Below, piece by piece: positions 51,639 to 64,000 of a DNA stretch of 64,000 bases. Where the stretch lies: the NCBI RefSeq assembly GCF_009914755.1, contig NC_060930.1; one strand, 5' to 3'. The position numbers and the translations under genes were made by a program. This stretch comes from the human T2T-CHM13v2.0 reference genome, Homo sapiens. Under the pieces are notes generated by a model, which saw nothing but the letters and a program-made list of their open reading frames with translations, ran no database searches and was not told where the DNA came from. Numbering within the stretch: the stretch's first letter is position 1; each line of letters opens with the position of its first letter.

Positions 51639-54086
51639 TAATATCATCTGGCTCTGTGCCTCCACCTAAATTGCATCTTGAATTGTCATCTGAATTGTAA
51701 TTCTCATGTGTTGGGAAAGGGACTTTGTGGGAGGTGATTGGATTATGGAGGTGGCTCCCTCATGCTGTTCTCATGAAAGTGAGTGAGTTCTCATGAGAGC
51801 TAGTGATTTTATAAGGAGCTGTTCCCCCTTCACTCTACACTTTCCTCTCTTGCCATTTTGTAGAGAAAGATGTGATTGCTTCCCCTTCTGCCATGATCGG
51901 AAGTCTCCTGAGACATCCCCAGCCATGTGGAACTGTGAGTCCATTAAACCTCTTTCCTCTATAAATTACCCCATCTTGGGTATTTCTTCATAGCAGGGTG
52001 AGAACTGATGAATACAGTAAATTGGTACCGAGGTAGTGAGGATTTGCTGTAAACATACCCAAAAATGTGGAAGCAACTTTGGAACTGGGTAACAGGCACA
52101 GGTTGGAAAAGTCTGGGGTACTCAGAAGAAGAGAGGATTTGGGAAAGTTTGGAGCTTCCTAGAGACTTGTTGAATGGTTAAGATCAAAATGCTGATAATG
52201 ATGTGGACAATAAAGTCCAGGTTGAAGTGGTCTCAGATGGAAATGAGGAACTTCTTGGGAACTGGAAAAAAGGTCACTCTTGCTATGCAAAGAGACTGGC
52301 AGCATTTTGCCCCTGCCCTAGAGATCTGTGGAACTTTGAGCTTGAGAGAAATGATTTTGGAGTATCTGGTAGAAGAAATTTCTAAGCAGCAAAGCATTCA
52401 AGAGGTCACCTGATTGATTCTGAAAGTGTTCAGTTATGTATGCTCACAATGAGGTTGTTTGAAATTGAAATTTATGTTTAAAGGGGAAGCAAAGCATAAA
52501 AGTTTGGAAAACGGGCAGCCTGACCATGTATTACAAAAAAAAGAAAAATTCTGCAGAGGATTTCATGCTAGCTGCAGAAATTTGCATGAGCAATGAAGAG
52601 CTGAACGTTAATAGCCAAGACAATGGGGATAATTACTCCTGGGCATGTCAGAGACCTTCAAAGCAGCTCTTCCCATCACAGGCCAAGAGGCCTAGGAAGA
52701 AAAACTGGTTTCATGGGCCAGGCTCAGGGCCCTGCTGCTCTATGCAGCCTTGGGACATGGTGCCCTGCTTTCAGCTCCAGGTCCAGCTCCAGATGCTCCA
52801 GCTCCATCCAAGGCTAAAAGGGGTCAAGGTATAGCTCAGGCCATTGCTTTAGAGGGGGCAAGCCTCAAGCCTTGGTGGCTTCCACATGGTGTTTGGCCTA
52901 TGGGTGCACAGAAGTCAAGAACTGAGGTTTGAGAACCTCCACCTAAATTTCAGAGGATGTATGGAAACACCTGGGTATCCAGGCAGAAGTTTCCTGCAGT
53001 GGTGGAGCCCTCATGGAGAACCTCTGCTAGGGAAGTCCAGAAGGGAAATGTGTGGTTGGAGCCCCCACATAGAGTCCTCACTGGGGCACTGCCTAGCAGA
53101 GCTGTGAGAAGAGGGCCACTGTCCTCCAGACCCCAGAATGATAGATCCACCAACAACTTGCACTATGCAACTAAAAAAGCCACACACATTCAATGTTAGC
53201 CCATGTGAAAATAGATGGAAGGGGTGTATACCCTGCAAAGCCACAGAGGCAGAGCTGCCCAAGGCCGTGGGAGCTGCCCAAGGCCTCTTGCATCAGCGTA
53301 CCCTGGATGTGAGACTTGGAGTTAAAGATTATTTTGGAGCTTTAAGATATAATGAATGCCCTATTGGATTTTGGATTTGCATGGGTCCTGTAGCCCCTTT
53401 CTTTTGGTCAATTTCTCCCATTTAGAATCAGAGCACTGATTCAATGCCTTTACCCTCATTGTATCTATTAAGTTCGTGCAAAGTAATGGCAAAAACAGCA
53501 ATTACTTTTGCACCAACCTTACAGGAAGTAACTATAACTCTTATGATTTTACAGGCTCCTAGGTGGATGGGACTTGCTTTCTGTCAGATGAGCTTTGAAG
53601 TTGGACTTTTGAGTTAATGCTGGAATAAGTTAAGACTTTGGAGACTGTTGGGAAGGCATGATTGTGTTTTAAAATGTGAGAAAAATGAGATTTGGAAGGG
53701 GCAAAGGGTGGAATAATATGGTCTTAGCTCTGTGTCCCAACCCAAATCTCATCTTGACCTGCAATCCTATTTGTAATTCCCACATGTTGGGGAAGGGACC
53801 TTGCAGGAGGTGACTGGATCATGAGGGCAGCTCCCCCATGCTGTTCTCGTGATAGTGAGTGGATTGAGATCTTATGGTTTTATAAGGGGCTCTTCTCCCA
53901 TCAATCTGCACTTCTTTCTTCTGCTGCATTGTGAAGGAGGATGTGTTTGCTTCGCCTTCTGCCATGATTGTAAGTTTCCTAAGGCCTCCCCAGCCATGTG
54001 GAACTGTGAGTCAATTAAACCTCTTTCCTTTATGAATTATCCAGTCTCAGGATTTTGTTATAGCAGTGTGAAAACAGACTAATACA
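51639..54086 (+). mobile_element. Full-length THE1 (D-like) MaLR: LTR 51639-52016, internal 52017-53713, LTR 53714-54086
   Basis: Two homologous LTRs; internal starts gtaaattggtacc; purine tract before the 3' LTR; TSD ggatt/gtatt; MaLR-type peptide EVVSDGNEELLGNW.KGHSCY. Confidence 0.94.
53468..53521. mobile_element. MADE1, internally deleted form, nested in THE1 internal sequence
   Basis: ttaagttcgtgcaaagtaatggcaaaaacagcaattacttttgcaccaacctta inserted at gtatcta|ggaag. Confidence 0.88.
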
Positions 54087-54376
54087 GTATTGCCTAAGAG
54101 ATTTCCTCTAGATATGTATTTTTTATCTTGGAGCCATTAGATGAAAAGTTTTTTTGAAAAGTAAAAATTACATTGAAATAAGACCAAATGACTACAAAAT
54201 TAAAATATGATGTGATTAGAATAGTTTAACTTTCAAACCACATACGGTCTTTGCAAAATCAATTTTTTAATTCTGTTAATTTTGAAATCAAATGCATCTT
54301 TAGCCACTGGAAAAACACATTCTTCTAAACAGTATATGAGCATCTTTTTTCATAGAGTACACTTTCCTCTGAGGGC

Positions 54377-54776
54377 TGTTAAATCAAGCTTAGCCTAAAG
54401 CTGCCTCCTTACATATTTAAGTTTGGCCTAAAGGTTTTTCTGTACATCATGAATTATAATAAGGGGCAGTATAAACCAACCATAGCTCACACCTTTGCCA
54501 ATCACTGAGTTTTGGCCAATCAAATGTAGCCAACTGTTCAAACTGTGTTCAAATACGGCAAATGCCAAGCTGTAACCAATCCAGTTGTTTCTGTTCTTCA
54601 CCTTCATTTTCTGTATGTCACTTTCCTTTTGCTGTCAATAAATTTTTTTCCACCATGTGGCTGCACTGGAATTTCTCTGAATCTGATGTGATTCTGGGGG
54701 CTGCCCAATTAGTGAATCATTCACTACACAATTAAACTCCCTTAAATTTCATTCAGCTAAATTTTTGATTTTAACA
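54377..54776 (+). mobile_element. MER57-family (ERV1) solo LTR
   Basis: tgttaaa...ttaaca termini; repeated ccaatc boxes; perfect 4-bp TSD gggc. Confidence 0.88.
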
Positions 54777-54859
54777 GGGCCTAAGAAAGCAAATAATTTG
54801 AATCAAACTTACCTAGGACAAGAACAATTATTATTAGTTTAATTTTACATATTGTGTCA

Positions 54860-55280
54860 AGTAGAAATCATATTCAGTTGTTAAGAGACACCCAGAAACG
54901 GAAAATGTTTTCAACTGTAAAATGGGGATTGGTTATTTCTCATAAACAAAGAAACCCAAAGATAGACATTCAGGCTCTTTAAGCTTTGCCATCATTGTGG
55001 AACTTACTCTTCCCTTCACTGTGTCAAAAAGGCTGCCAGATATGTGGGAATCATTTTTTTTGTTTCAAACTAAATGAAGGAAGAAAGCAAAGATTTTAAA
55101 AGGTGTGTTTGAGATGAAATGGTTCCCTGAAAAAGCCATTCCAGAATTCCTATCTCAACACTTTTGCTTACATCTGATTGTTCAAAATAGTTTCACTTTG
55201 CCATTGCTAGCCACAAGGAAGGCTGTGAAATATATTCTTTTTAGCTATGCACATTGCCATTCTTAATGAAATCATGTTAT
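54860..55280. mobile_element. Very old MLT1-type LTR relic
   Basis: cttttgcttacatctgattg...ctagccacaaggaaggctgtgaaat motifs. Confidence 0.45.
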
Positions 55281-55504
55281 ATTAGTAAGCAAGAAAAGAC
55301 GAATCTGTATTTGATAGACAATTAATCAGTGCTTTTTCAACCTATATTATGCTTGGCTCTAAACCGATAATACAGAATTGACTTATGAAATATGGGATGA
55401 TTGTTGGTTTGAGTTACTACTCTAAAGAACGCCCAATAAGAACAAAATGAAACACTTATAGAACACCTTATGAGCCACACTGTAGGAACAAAATGATTCA
55501 GAAC

Positions 55505-55730
55505 GTGCTTTTTTAGTCAAAAAGACCTGGGTTGTATTCCTGGCACTAATCTTTTAAACTGTGTAACCTTAATAAGTTACTTAACTTGTGGTCTCAATTT
55601 CTTTTTCTGCGATATATGAGAATTGTCTAGCTATCCCATGAGGTGGTTATAAGCATTATGTAAGTTAAACCATGACAAAATGCCAGCAGAGTGCCTAGCA
55701 TAGAAATCTTAAATACAGCTTAGCTACTAC
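55505..55730 (+). mobile_element. MIR relic
   Basis: agtcaaaagacctgggttgtattcctggc...tgtgtaaccttaataagttacttaac...cagagtgcctagcatag. Confidence 0.75.
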
Positions 55731-55813
55731 ATAGCAATATGATTATTGAAATCACAAATTAGAACTAATGTAAAAATATAGAAATGGCATGCTCCTTGAA
55801 AAGGTAAATCAGT

Positions 55814-56160
55814 GGCCCGGCCTGGTGGCTCTCTCTCCTGTAATCCCAGCACTTTGGGAAGTTGAGGTGGGTAGATCACTTGAGGTCAGGAGTTCGAGAC
55901 CACTCTGACCAATATGATGAAACCCCATCTCTACTAAAAATACAAAAATTAGCTGGGCGTGGTGGCACATGCCTGTAGTCCCAGCTACTCTGGAGGCTGA
56001 TACAGGAGAATTGTGTGAACCCGGGAGGCGGAAGTTGCAGTGAGCTGAGATCACATCACTGCAAGAGATCACACCACTGCAAGAGATCGCAACATTTGGG
56101 CAAGAGAATGAGACTCCATCTCAAAAAATAAATTAAAAAAAAAAAGAAAAGAAAAAGAAA
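55814..56160 (+). mobile_element. AluS with an internal 18-bp tandem triplication
   Basis: TSD aaaaggtaaatc on both sides; gagatcac(a/c)..actgcaa repeated at 56047-56094. Confidence 0.94.
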
Positions 56161-59100
56161 AAGGTAAATCCCTGCTCAATACAGTTACAGAAATATTCAC
56201 ATATTGCTTGTCTTTGATGCTTCCAAAATCTTGTTTTTTTGAATATTTTATTAAAATGGCAACATGCATCTTACTTAGTAATAGAAAGTGGCAAGTGGCA
56301 TGTGTGTGTTAAATATTTTAAAAATTGGCACTTTAGCCATTTTTAACATCAGTGATTATATTTGAAAATTAAGTGAAAGCTTCATTGTTATAATGCTCGT
56401 TGATCTACTTTAAATAAGGGAAAGGGAAACTTCGACTTCACAATTCCTTTCCATGCAATAGAAGCAAGCTGGAATATGTGCATGTGACACTATGGATTTT
56501 TAGCAATTGAATTGAAGATAAGTACTAAATAATGCCTACCCATACTCTTAGGAATTATGCAGGGTGAAAACAATGTGTTCATAAATATAGAAGTGGGAAG
56601 GATCTTTCAACCTATTCTTAGCAAATCTCTTCTTGATCTGGAAAAATTTTCTGTCACCATTTTTGAAAGGTTCCTATCTCAATATTTTCATGGTCTTAAC
56701 AGTACCTAGGAAGATTGTATTCTAAGGGTGAAAGATGGACTCTAAAAATGTGTTTTATTCTTGTTTACTTTTTATATATTAAATTCGTCATTACTAAAAG
56801 ATAGAACATTCTAGAATAAAAATTAGAGATCCTCATCTATCACTGACTTTGGACAAATAACTTAAAATTATCTATATCCTAAATTCCAGAGTGTGGGGAT
56901 ATCAGTGTATAACTTTCTAACTCAAAAAGTTGAGGTGATGATAAACAAAAAAATTAACATATTTGTAATTTAGATGACCTGTAGCATTCATTGTGACTTT
57001 CAATGTCAATAGTAAGATCCGGGTTATAATATAAATACCAGTTCAGCATACTGCCAAAATAAAAGGAAATTCAGAGGATATATCTGGGGTGGGGATGGGG
57101 GAATGAATGAATTTCCATTGGTCTTTTTTCTTTGCCTAAAAAAATACATAATCATTCCATGTGACTCAATACAAAAATAACCAAATGAGAAGCTTTGACT
57201 CCCATTATATGCATTTCAAATTCTAATTTTCACATCATATTAGCATTTTCTTCTATTTCTTTCAATTTGTGCACTTTCCCTGTGAAGAAAACTCATTCTA
57301 GAAGTTAAGAGCTTGAGCTTTTCTTTTTATAAATCAGAGTTGTATATAGTTATGCTATCATAAAAAAGGTATTAAACTGGTAAATGGGTTTTACTGGAAC
57401 TTATACACTTCACTGAAGAATAACAAGACCAATATTTCAGGGCATTTATTTGAAAAAGTGCACTTGTAGAGACTTTCTGTTGAATGTGATAAATTTCAGA
57501 TGCACAAACTTTACAGTGGAAGCTCTGATATTTCTGCCTATTTCTAATGTAAGCATTTTTATAAATGTCATAGTTATTTATCCTGTAAATGCTCTTTTTT
57601 TATTCCTTTACTGACAAAATAATTGCTATTCCAAAGTGGAGAGATTTTTACATTTACTTTAGAGTCTGCCATGTCCTGGATCCCTTATATCCAACAGTTG
57701 GATATGCTGTGTTTTAAAATTTTGCCTTAATCAATTTGTTGGAATTTCATTAATGCAGTTACTAATTCTCTTTCTCTTGAATAATGTCAGTGCTTTCCCT
57801 TTTCAGGCTATAGCTATATCCTTTCAACTCTTCTGTTTGTTCTAAATAGAATTGTAGCTCTCACCTCACAATTACCTTCTTCTTTCATTTTACAAGATAT
57901 TTTAACTTTAAAAATCCTAATTATACGTTTCACAATTCTAAATGCTCATATTTTCTTGCTGGAGAGAAATGCTCTCCCTCTCTGTCAGACTGTTTGGTTC
58001 TAAAATTTCACCCTCTATTCAACCATCTCTGTGCTACGGAGCTCCACTCTTGTGGACCTTGGAAACAGCTACTACCCACAACAGGTCGGCTGCCTTCCCA
58101 AGAAAGCTCAGTTCCCGATAGTTCACTAAGAGATGCCTAGCCTTCTTTCCTAATCTGACTGTTCTTCAGGGTGGAAATTGCTTATATACTTAGACTTGAG
58201 TATCATTTTATATATTTTTGTCTTTTTCTTAAATAACTTTCAAAAGCAACAATATATTCTGAATGGGGTTAATGTATTCATTTTAAGTGGTTTGAATAGC
58301 TGGTTCAAAAATAATTTCAAATCAATTGAAATAAAAACATAACCTGATCAGTAAAATGCTGAAATCAAAAGATTTAATTAGTGCAGGTACACTTTATATT
58401 ATGGGCAAAGGAGCCTTGAGAATCCTTGAGGACTGCTTCTTCTCATGGGAGAGATATAAACTTACAGACCCTTGATTAACCTTAAGCAGTTGGGAATTGA
58501 TCATCATCAGAAAAGACTCATTAAATTAACATTTAAAATCTCAGCTACTTCAACTTTTCAAAGTAAACTACCTGTAATTGTTTCAAATAACTTACTACTT
58601 TTCCCAGAGACTCTTTAATAATGTATATTATTGTTCTACCTGTTGCTTAGAAGTCAGAACACGCTAGTTGCGTGCTAATGCATACACATTATGCAAAAAC
58701 CACCCAAAGATAAAAAGTCTTAATGTATCAAAGAGAAGCATGTGTCAGAGCTAACCAAGGTCATCAAATATAAAACACAATAAATTTAAGAACTGCTTAT
58801 CACCTGTCAAAATAACAAATCTCTAAAGTAAAAGCTTTAGAGAAATTGTAAAGAATGCTGAAAGATCCCAAGGAATCAATAAAAAGACTGTCAAAAAGCC
58901 AAAGCCTAGAATAGGACAAGGCTAAAAATCACCCCCTCTAAATGGAAGCAATCTTTTTAAAAAAAGGATATAAATATTTCAGCTAAATCCTTTTCCTATG
59001 GTTTTTTGGATGTTAAAGGAAGGTGATTTAAATTACACGTATCCCCAAAATTATTAAAAAATATATACTTTCCAGAAAAAAAATTCTACTACACTAGAAT

Positions 59101-59654
59101 AGCCTTAAAGAAATTCCAAATCCTAGGAAGAATATAAAAGTTCATTTTAGAGAAAATTTTGAATTATTTAAAAGAGAGCCTAGAAGAGACAAGACATGAG
59201 ACATCTTATATAATCTCACAGCTGGCTTTGAAGGTTGTCTTATAATAACATTAAATTCTTCCAATAATTTGCCTAACAAAAACTTTCAAAAGCCTACATG
59301 GACATAGACTATGCCTTTAGTCCATATTGAGAGTACTCTTTTTCCTCAAAAATTAAAATGAACTAATTATAGGACAACGTGCTAATATACCAAGTGCAAT
59401 GAGGACAGATGTATCTTGCCTAAATGCCAGGCACCTCAAACCATCTGCTTGTTTAGTTTTTGTTTTTGTTTTGAAGGCAAATTTGTGTTTATTTGTTTTC
59501 CAAATAGTGTTAACAGATTATACATAGATCGCACCGAGGAGCACGATGCCATGGAAAGCCTTCATGACAGAAAAGGGTCCTTTCTTATTTCACATTTGTT
59601 CTACCCATGCCTAACATACACAGATAGCATAGTGTAATGCTTTGCTGCTTGACA

Positions 59655-59785
59655 TCTGCTCTGCAGAGCAGCAGCAGCACCTGGGAGCTTATTAGAAATG
59701 CACAAGGGGAGCTTCTAGCATAGATCTGTTCATTAGTGTCTACATTTCAGTAAGATCTGGGGGTAATGCACTTGGGAAGTACTGA
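59655..59785. mobile_element. MER5-like DNA transposon relic
   Basis: agcagcagcacctgggagcttattagaaatgca. Confidence 0.55.
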
Positions 59786-59787
59786 TA

Positions 59788-60030
59788 TCGTGATTAAGAG
59801 CAGGCACTGTGGAGCCAGACTGGCTGGGTTCAAGTGGTCTTTCCTCTTGAAAGGATAGGTGACGTTATGCAACTTACAAAACATTTCTGTGCCTTGTTTT
59901 TCTCATCTGAAAAATGGAGAAAATAACAAAGCCAGCCCCTTAGGATTAGTGTGAAGGCTGAAGGAGCGAATTCATGCAATGCTTTTACAGTGGGTCTGTA
60001 ATATAATAAATGTTATAAAAATATTTGCTA
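59788..60030 (+). mobile_element. MIR
   Basis: gtgattaagagcaggcactgtggagccagactggctgggttcaa...tctgtgccttgtttttctcatctgaaaaatggaga. Confidence 0.85.
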
Positions 60031-60032
60031 TT

Positions 60033-60328
60033 GGCCATCCAAGGTGGCTCACGCCTGTAATCCCAGCACTTTGGGAGGCTGAGGCGGGCAGATCACGAGG
60101 TCAGGAGTTCAAGACCAGCCCGGCCAAGATGGTGAAACCCTGTCTCTACTAAAAATGCAAAAATTAGCCGGGCGTGGTGGTGGGCGCTTGTAATACCAGC
60201 TACTCGGGAGGCCGAGGCAGAGAATTGCTTGAACCCAGTAGGCAGAGTTTGCAGTGAGCCGAGATTGCTCCACTGCATTCCAGCCTGGCCGACAGAGCGA
60301 GACTCCATCTCAAAAAAAAAAAAAAAAA
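60033..60328 (+). mobile_element. AluS (Sg/Sc-like)
   Basis: Full dimer, gatcacgaggtcaggagttc; TSD ttgctatt. Confidence 0.95.
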
Positions 60329-60784
60329 TTGCTATTACTGTTATTATCCCCATTTAGGTGTGAATAAATGGTCTTTTAGGGAGAATAAAAGAGGAAATGT
60401 AATGGTGAGGGGTTTTAGGTTGGAGAAGGGTAAAAATGAATGTGAAGAAGTTTATGCTCACTTCCTGCTTTGTGGATAAAGCTGTTCTGATTTGGAATAC
60501 TGACACACAATCTTTTAATACCATTGATTCAAATGAGTAAGTAATTGTACGTAACATCCTTCCCCAATTGCCCAACATCTCAGTCATTCTTTATTATTAA
60601 TTAAGATTGTGAAAACATATTTAGATAAAACTTTGCAGAAAAAAAGGAAACACCCATAATTGAACCACGATAACAATTATTCTATTTTTATTATTATATT
60701 TGCAGTTAGAAACAAGTTTTAAAGGCATTTTAAAGAAATGTACTGAGTAAATATTGAAAATACTAATTTACCAACTGAGAGTGA

Positions 60785-60852
60785 TGCTCATTTAAGTCAG
60801 AATATATGTGTGTGTATATATACATATATATATATTCTGACTTAAATGAGCA
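60785..60852. repeat. 68-bp palindrome with perfect 23-bp outer arms around a TG/TA core
   Basis: tgctcatttaagtcagaatatat ... atatattctgacttaaatgagca. Confidence 0.95.
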
Positions 60853-60954
60853 CATATATTATACATATATATATAAAATGTTACAGTTTTTCTTTTGAAT
60901 GATTTAAAGCTCATGAAATACAGTTCATGTATCCACATTCCTTATGTGTTCACG

Positions 60955-61028
60955 GCATCTTTAACTGTAAATGAGATAGCAACTAATAAAAGCATCTTTA
61001 GTTGTAAATGAGATAGCAACTAATAAAA
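60955..61028. repeat. 37-bp tandem duplication (2 mismatches)
   Basis: gcatcttta(ac/gt)tgtaaatgagatagcaactaataaaa twice. Confidence 0.93.
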
Positions 61029-63249
61029 AGTTTTAATTTCATGTTAACATATTTAAATTATGTGATTTTCCTTGTGCTGTTTTATTATTTTGATATTATT
61101 CTATGAAATCTAACATACCTAATCCTTTGCCTAACAAATAGTCTCAAAAAAAAAAAAAACAAATGTTTCCAGAAGTATTATATATGAGTTAAATCTGAGT
61201 ATTCAGAGTTAATTTTAGAAAAGGACTAGTAAAGGGTACAGACATTTTTTTTTTTCAGTCTACTTGAGTTCTACACTTACTGGCCTCAATGTTCTGGGAC
61301 TGTATTAAAGAGCATTAATATAACAGAATAATGGGGTAACATGTTTGAATATAGATCCAGTGTTGTATAGTCTCGTTTTTTGTTGTTTGTTCAGGTTTGG
61401 TTTGGTTTGGTGTTCTCGTACCAACAACAAAAAAAATTCCTTTACGTCAAAGTCCTTTTCACTACAGGTTTCAATTTCACACTCAAATATTTGTATCTTA
61501 TTTCACTTGAAGATTCATTTGCAATTTTACCCAAAGTTTTATGGATCACTATCATAAAGATAATACTTTTACTTTTCATAAATAATGAATAAAGAATAAA
61601 AGGCCATTCCCCTATGAATTTTTAAAAATTCAATTTGTTCAGAGAAAAAGCAAGTGGGGTTATAGTCAACCAAACCTGTTTGAAAAATAACTCAACTCTT
61701 TTGACAAACGAAAGATGGTTGGGTTAAGAAAATGTTAAATTAATTTGAATTCTATAATACAATAAATTTAAATATTGTTTGTACCTATGAATGCAAAAAT
61801 TCCAAAAATACAGAGAAAAAAGACTATGATAAAAGCATGCTTGAACAATATTACCTATTCCATTTAAATAGGATATTTACACCAAATGTGCATTAAAACA
61901 ATAAAGCAGTAAGTGCAAGAAGTGTGAAGATAAAAATTCAACAGTTTAAAAAATGGTTAAAATATGAATGGTGTTTTTTCTGGAATAAACAGGAGAAACA
62001 TTTACTATAATTTCTGAAAGTGCCAAGAAATATGACTAGAAATATAAATGCCCTTGTATATCAGGTGATGTGAGTCAAGCCTTCAGAGAAAATCACCAAG
62101 GGACTTTGACTATGGGAGAATAGTGAAGGGTTTTATATTTTTGTGGGTTCACACAGAGATCACTTTTATTTTCTCCTTTCATTTGACACAAATATATATG
62201 AGACCTGAGAACTACTCAAAAAATAGAGTAGGGTATGCAAAAGTGTTTGCAGTAATTATTTCACTACATATATGCATTAAAACATCATGTACTTCTCAAA
62301 TATGTACAATAAAAACACATTTAAAAATATAGTGGACAATGTCAACCCGAAGTTTTTTTACTGATGGCAGCTTATTATAAGATGACTATGTTTACATGTT
62401 AGTTAGTAGGAACAATTGACTATATTAGTTAAAACATGTTTTTTCATGTTGCCTATACATGTAACAGCTAAAGCAAGGGCATATTTAGGATTAAAAAAAC
62501 TGAACTTTGAAGGCAAAGAATTTGTTAAAACTGAAAATTAGTATTTGGAGATTTTAATGACCACTACATATATTTATATCACATACTGTCTTCCTCCCCT
62601 AAATTAAGGAAATTATACATGTTACCTAAAAAAGTACAAATAAAAACTTAGTCAACAAAAAAAGTTTTGAGTAAAATTTTAATGGCCTCAAATTCTCACT
62701 AATGGATGCATTGAACTGCATAGTTTGGCTTAAAAATCTATTTTCTATACAGCTTGAAACCTTAGGAAGTTTGAGATATTCATAAATAAATGTATAATAA
62801 GATTAAAAACTTAATAACATGTATAAATGCATAATCACTTTGTACTGATTTCAAATTATAAGGGATTATATATTTTAAAATTATGGCTCATTTGTTTTAA
62901 AATTATACGTATGACTAATTATTGACATTGATAATATAACCTTTTAAAAATTATTGTACATATTTGTATGATGACATCCTGAATTCTACTTATGTCTTGA
63001 TTCTATATACAGGAACTCAGGAATTAATACATAAATGGAGTAGAACATAGAATGGGTGTTTAAGGTTATCAATCTTTTTTTACCATTTGAGTCATCCTAA
63101 AACCTGAACTTAATTGATTAGATCTAGTGAGATGATATCATTTGATTTTCTATCATAATATGTAACTGTAGTTTAATGAAAGTAATAAAACATTAAACAT
63201 TAAGCAAAATTATTAAACTGCATTAACAACCAGGAACCAACAGTATATT

Positions 63250-63710
63250 AAAGTAAAGGCCTTAAGGTGGTAAAGAAGCATACAAACAAGTATCTGGGAG
63301 TAGAATACCTCAGGTAAGGGAAACAGCATGCCTCAAAAGTCCTGAGGAAGGAGTTTGCTTCATCTTTTACAAGCTTGTTGCTAGAGAGAACAGAACAACA
63401 AAGAGAGTGGGAAAGGAGGAGGCTAGGGACATGACAAAGGACCAGGTCACTCTGAAGACTTTGGCTTCTACCCTGAGTGGCATAAGTGGCCACATGTTGT
63501 ACTTAGACTTACATATTAATGGGTGAACAATCTATAACGGCATATGAGAGAGAGCAGAAGGACCAGTCCAGAGGGGATTGCAATAATTTAAGACATGGCC
63601 ACAGGTATCTGCTGAGTGGCAATGATGGAAATGGTAAAACATGCTCAGATTCTAGATATAGGTCAAAGGTAGTGGCAGGAAATCCCACGAATGAATTGGA
63701 TGTGTTGAGT
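63250..63710 (-). mobile_element. L2 relic
   Basis: aagggaaacagcatgcctcaaaagtcctgagg...gactttggcttctaccctgagtg...gattctagatatag...tgaattggatgtg. Confidence 0.65.
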
Positions 63711-64000
63711 TTTTATGTTTATCAAATCATAACTTTAAGGCTACAAGTCTACTCATTTTAGGTCCATCTTTCTTGATATAAATTTTCGTACACAACTATC
63801 TTCTACAGCTCTCCTGCTAAGATGGTATAATTGTTATGATTCAATAAGTGAGATGAATAGCCTCAGTTCCACGTGACAGTTGCCTCCCCAACAAGAAATG
63901 TGATGGTAATCCACAGCAGGGTTATAATAAGCAGAATAAAATTAGGCAAAATAAATTGAAAACTGGTACATATGGAATATAACTTTAAAACTAATTATTG

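Noticed and set aside
52174-53425. Cluster of overlapping ORFs
   Set aside because: Decayed THE1 internal sequence with higher GC content; no continuous frame.

Overview
AT-rich, gene-poor primate (most likely human) genomic DNA, dominated by transposable elements. It contains L1PA and older L1M LINEs, about 13 Alu or Alu-monomer copies, MaLR and ERV1 LTRs, MIR/L2 relics and small DNA transposons. No intact protein-coding gene is supported; nearly all tracked ORFs are L1, Alu or LTR fragments or chance. The one gene-derived sequence is a dead, intronless processed pseudogene of the H3K9 methyltransferase SUV39H2 (about 29.79-31.74 kb, + strand). I found no new gene system. The notable signal is a concentration of aberrant insertion and repair structures: (i) five 5'-inverted (twin-primed) L1s, one with about 165 bp of nearby non-L1 DNA copied into its inversion junction; (ii) an MLT1A LTR flanked by a 67-bp direct duplication instead of a 5-bp TSD; (iii) fold-back inverted duplications of about 108 bp and about 190 bp plus a 68-bp palindrome; (iv) two tail-to-tail L1PA7-like copies sharing several non-consensus variants. 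Repeat subfamily names and consensus comparisons come from recalled sequences, not from a search, and boundaries of old elements are approximate.
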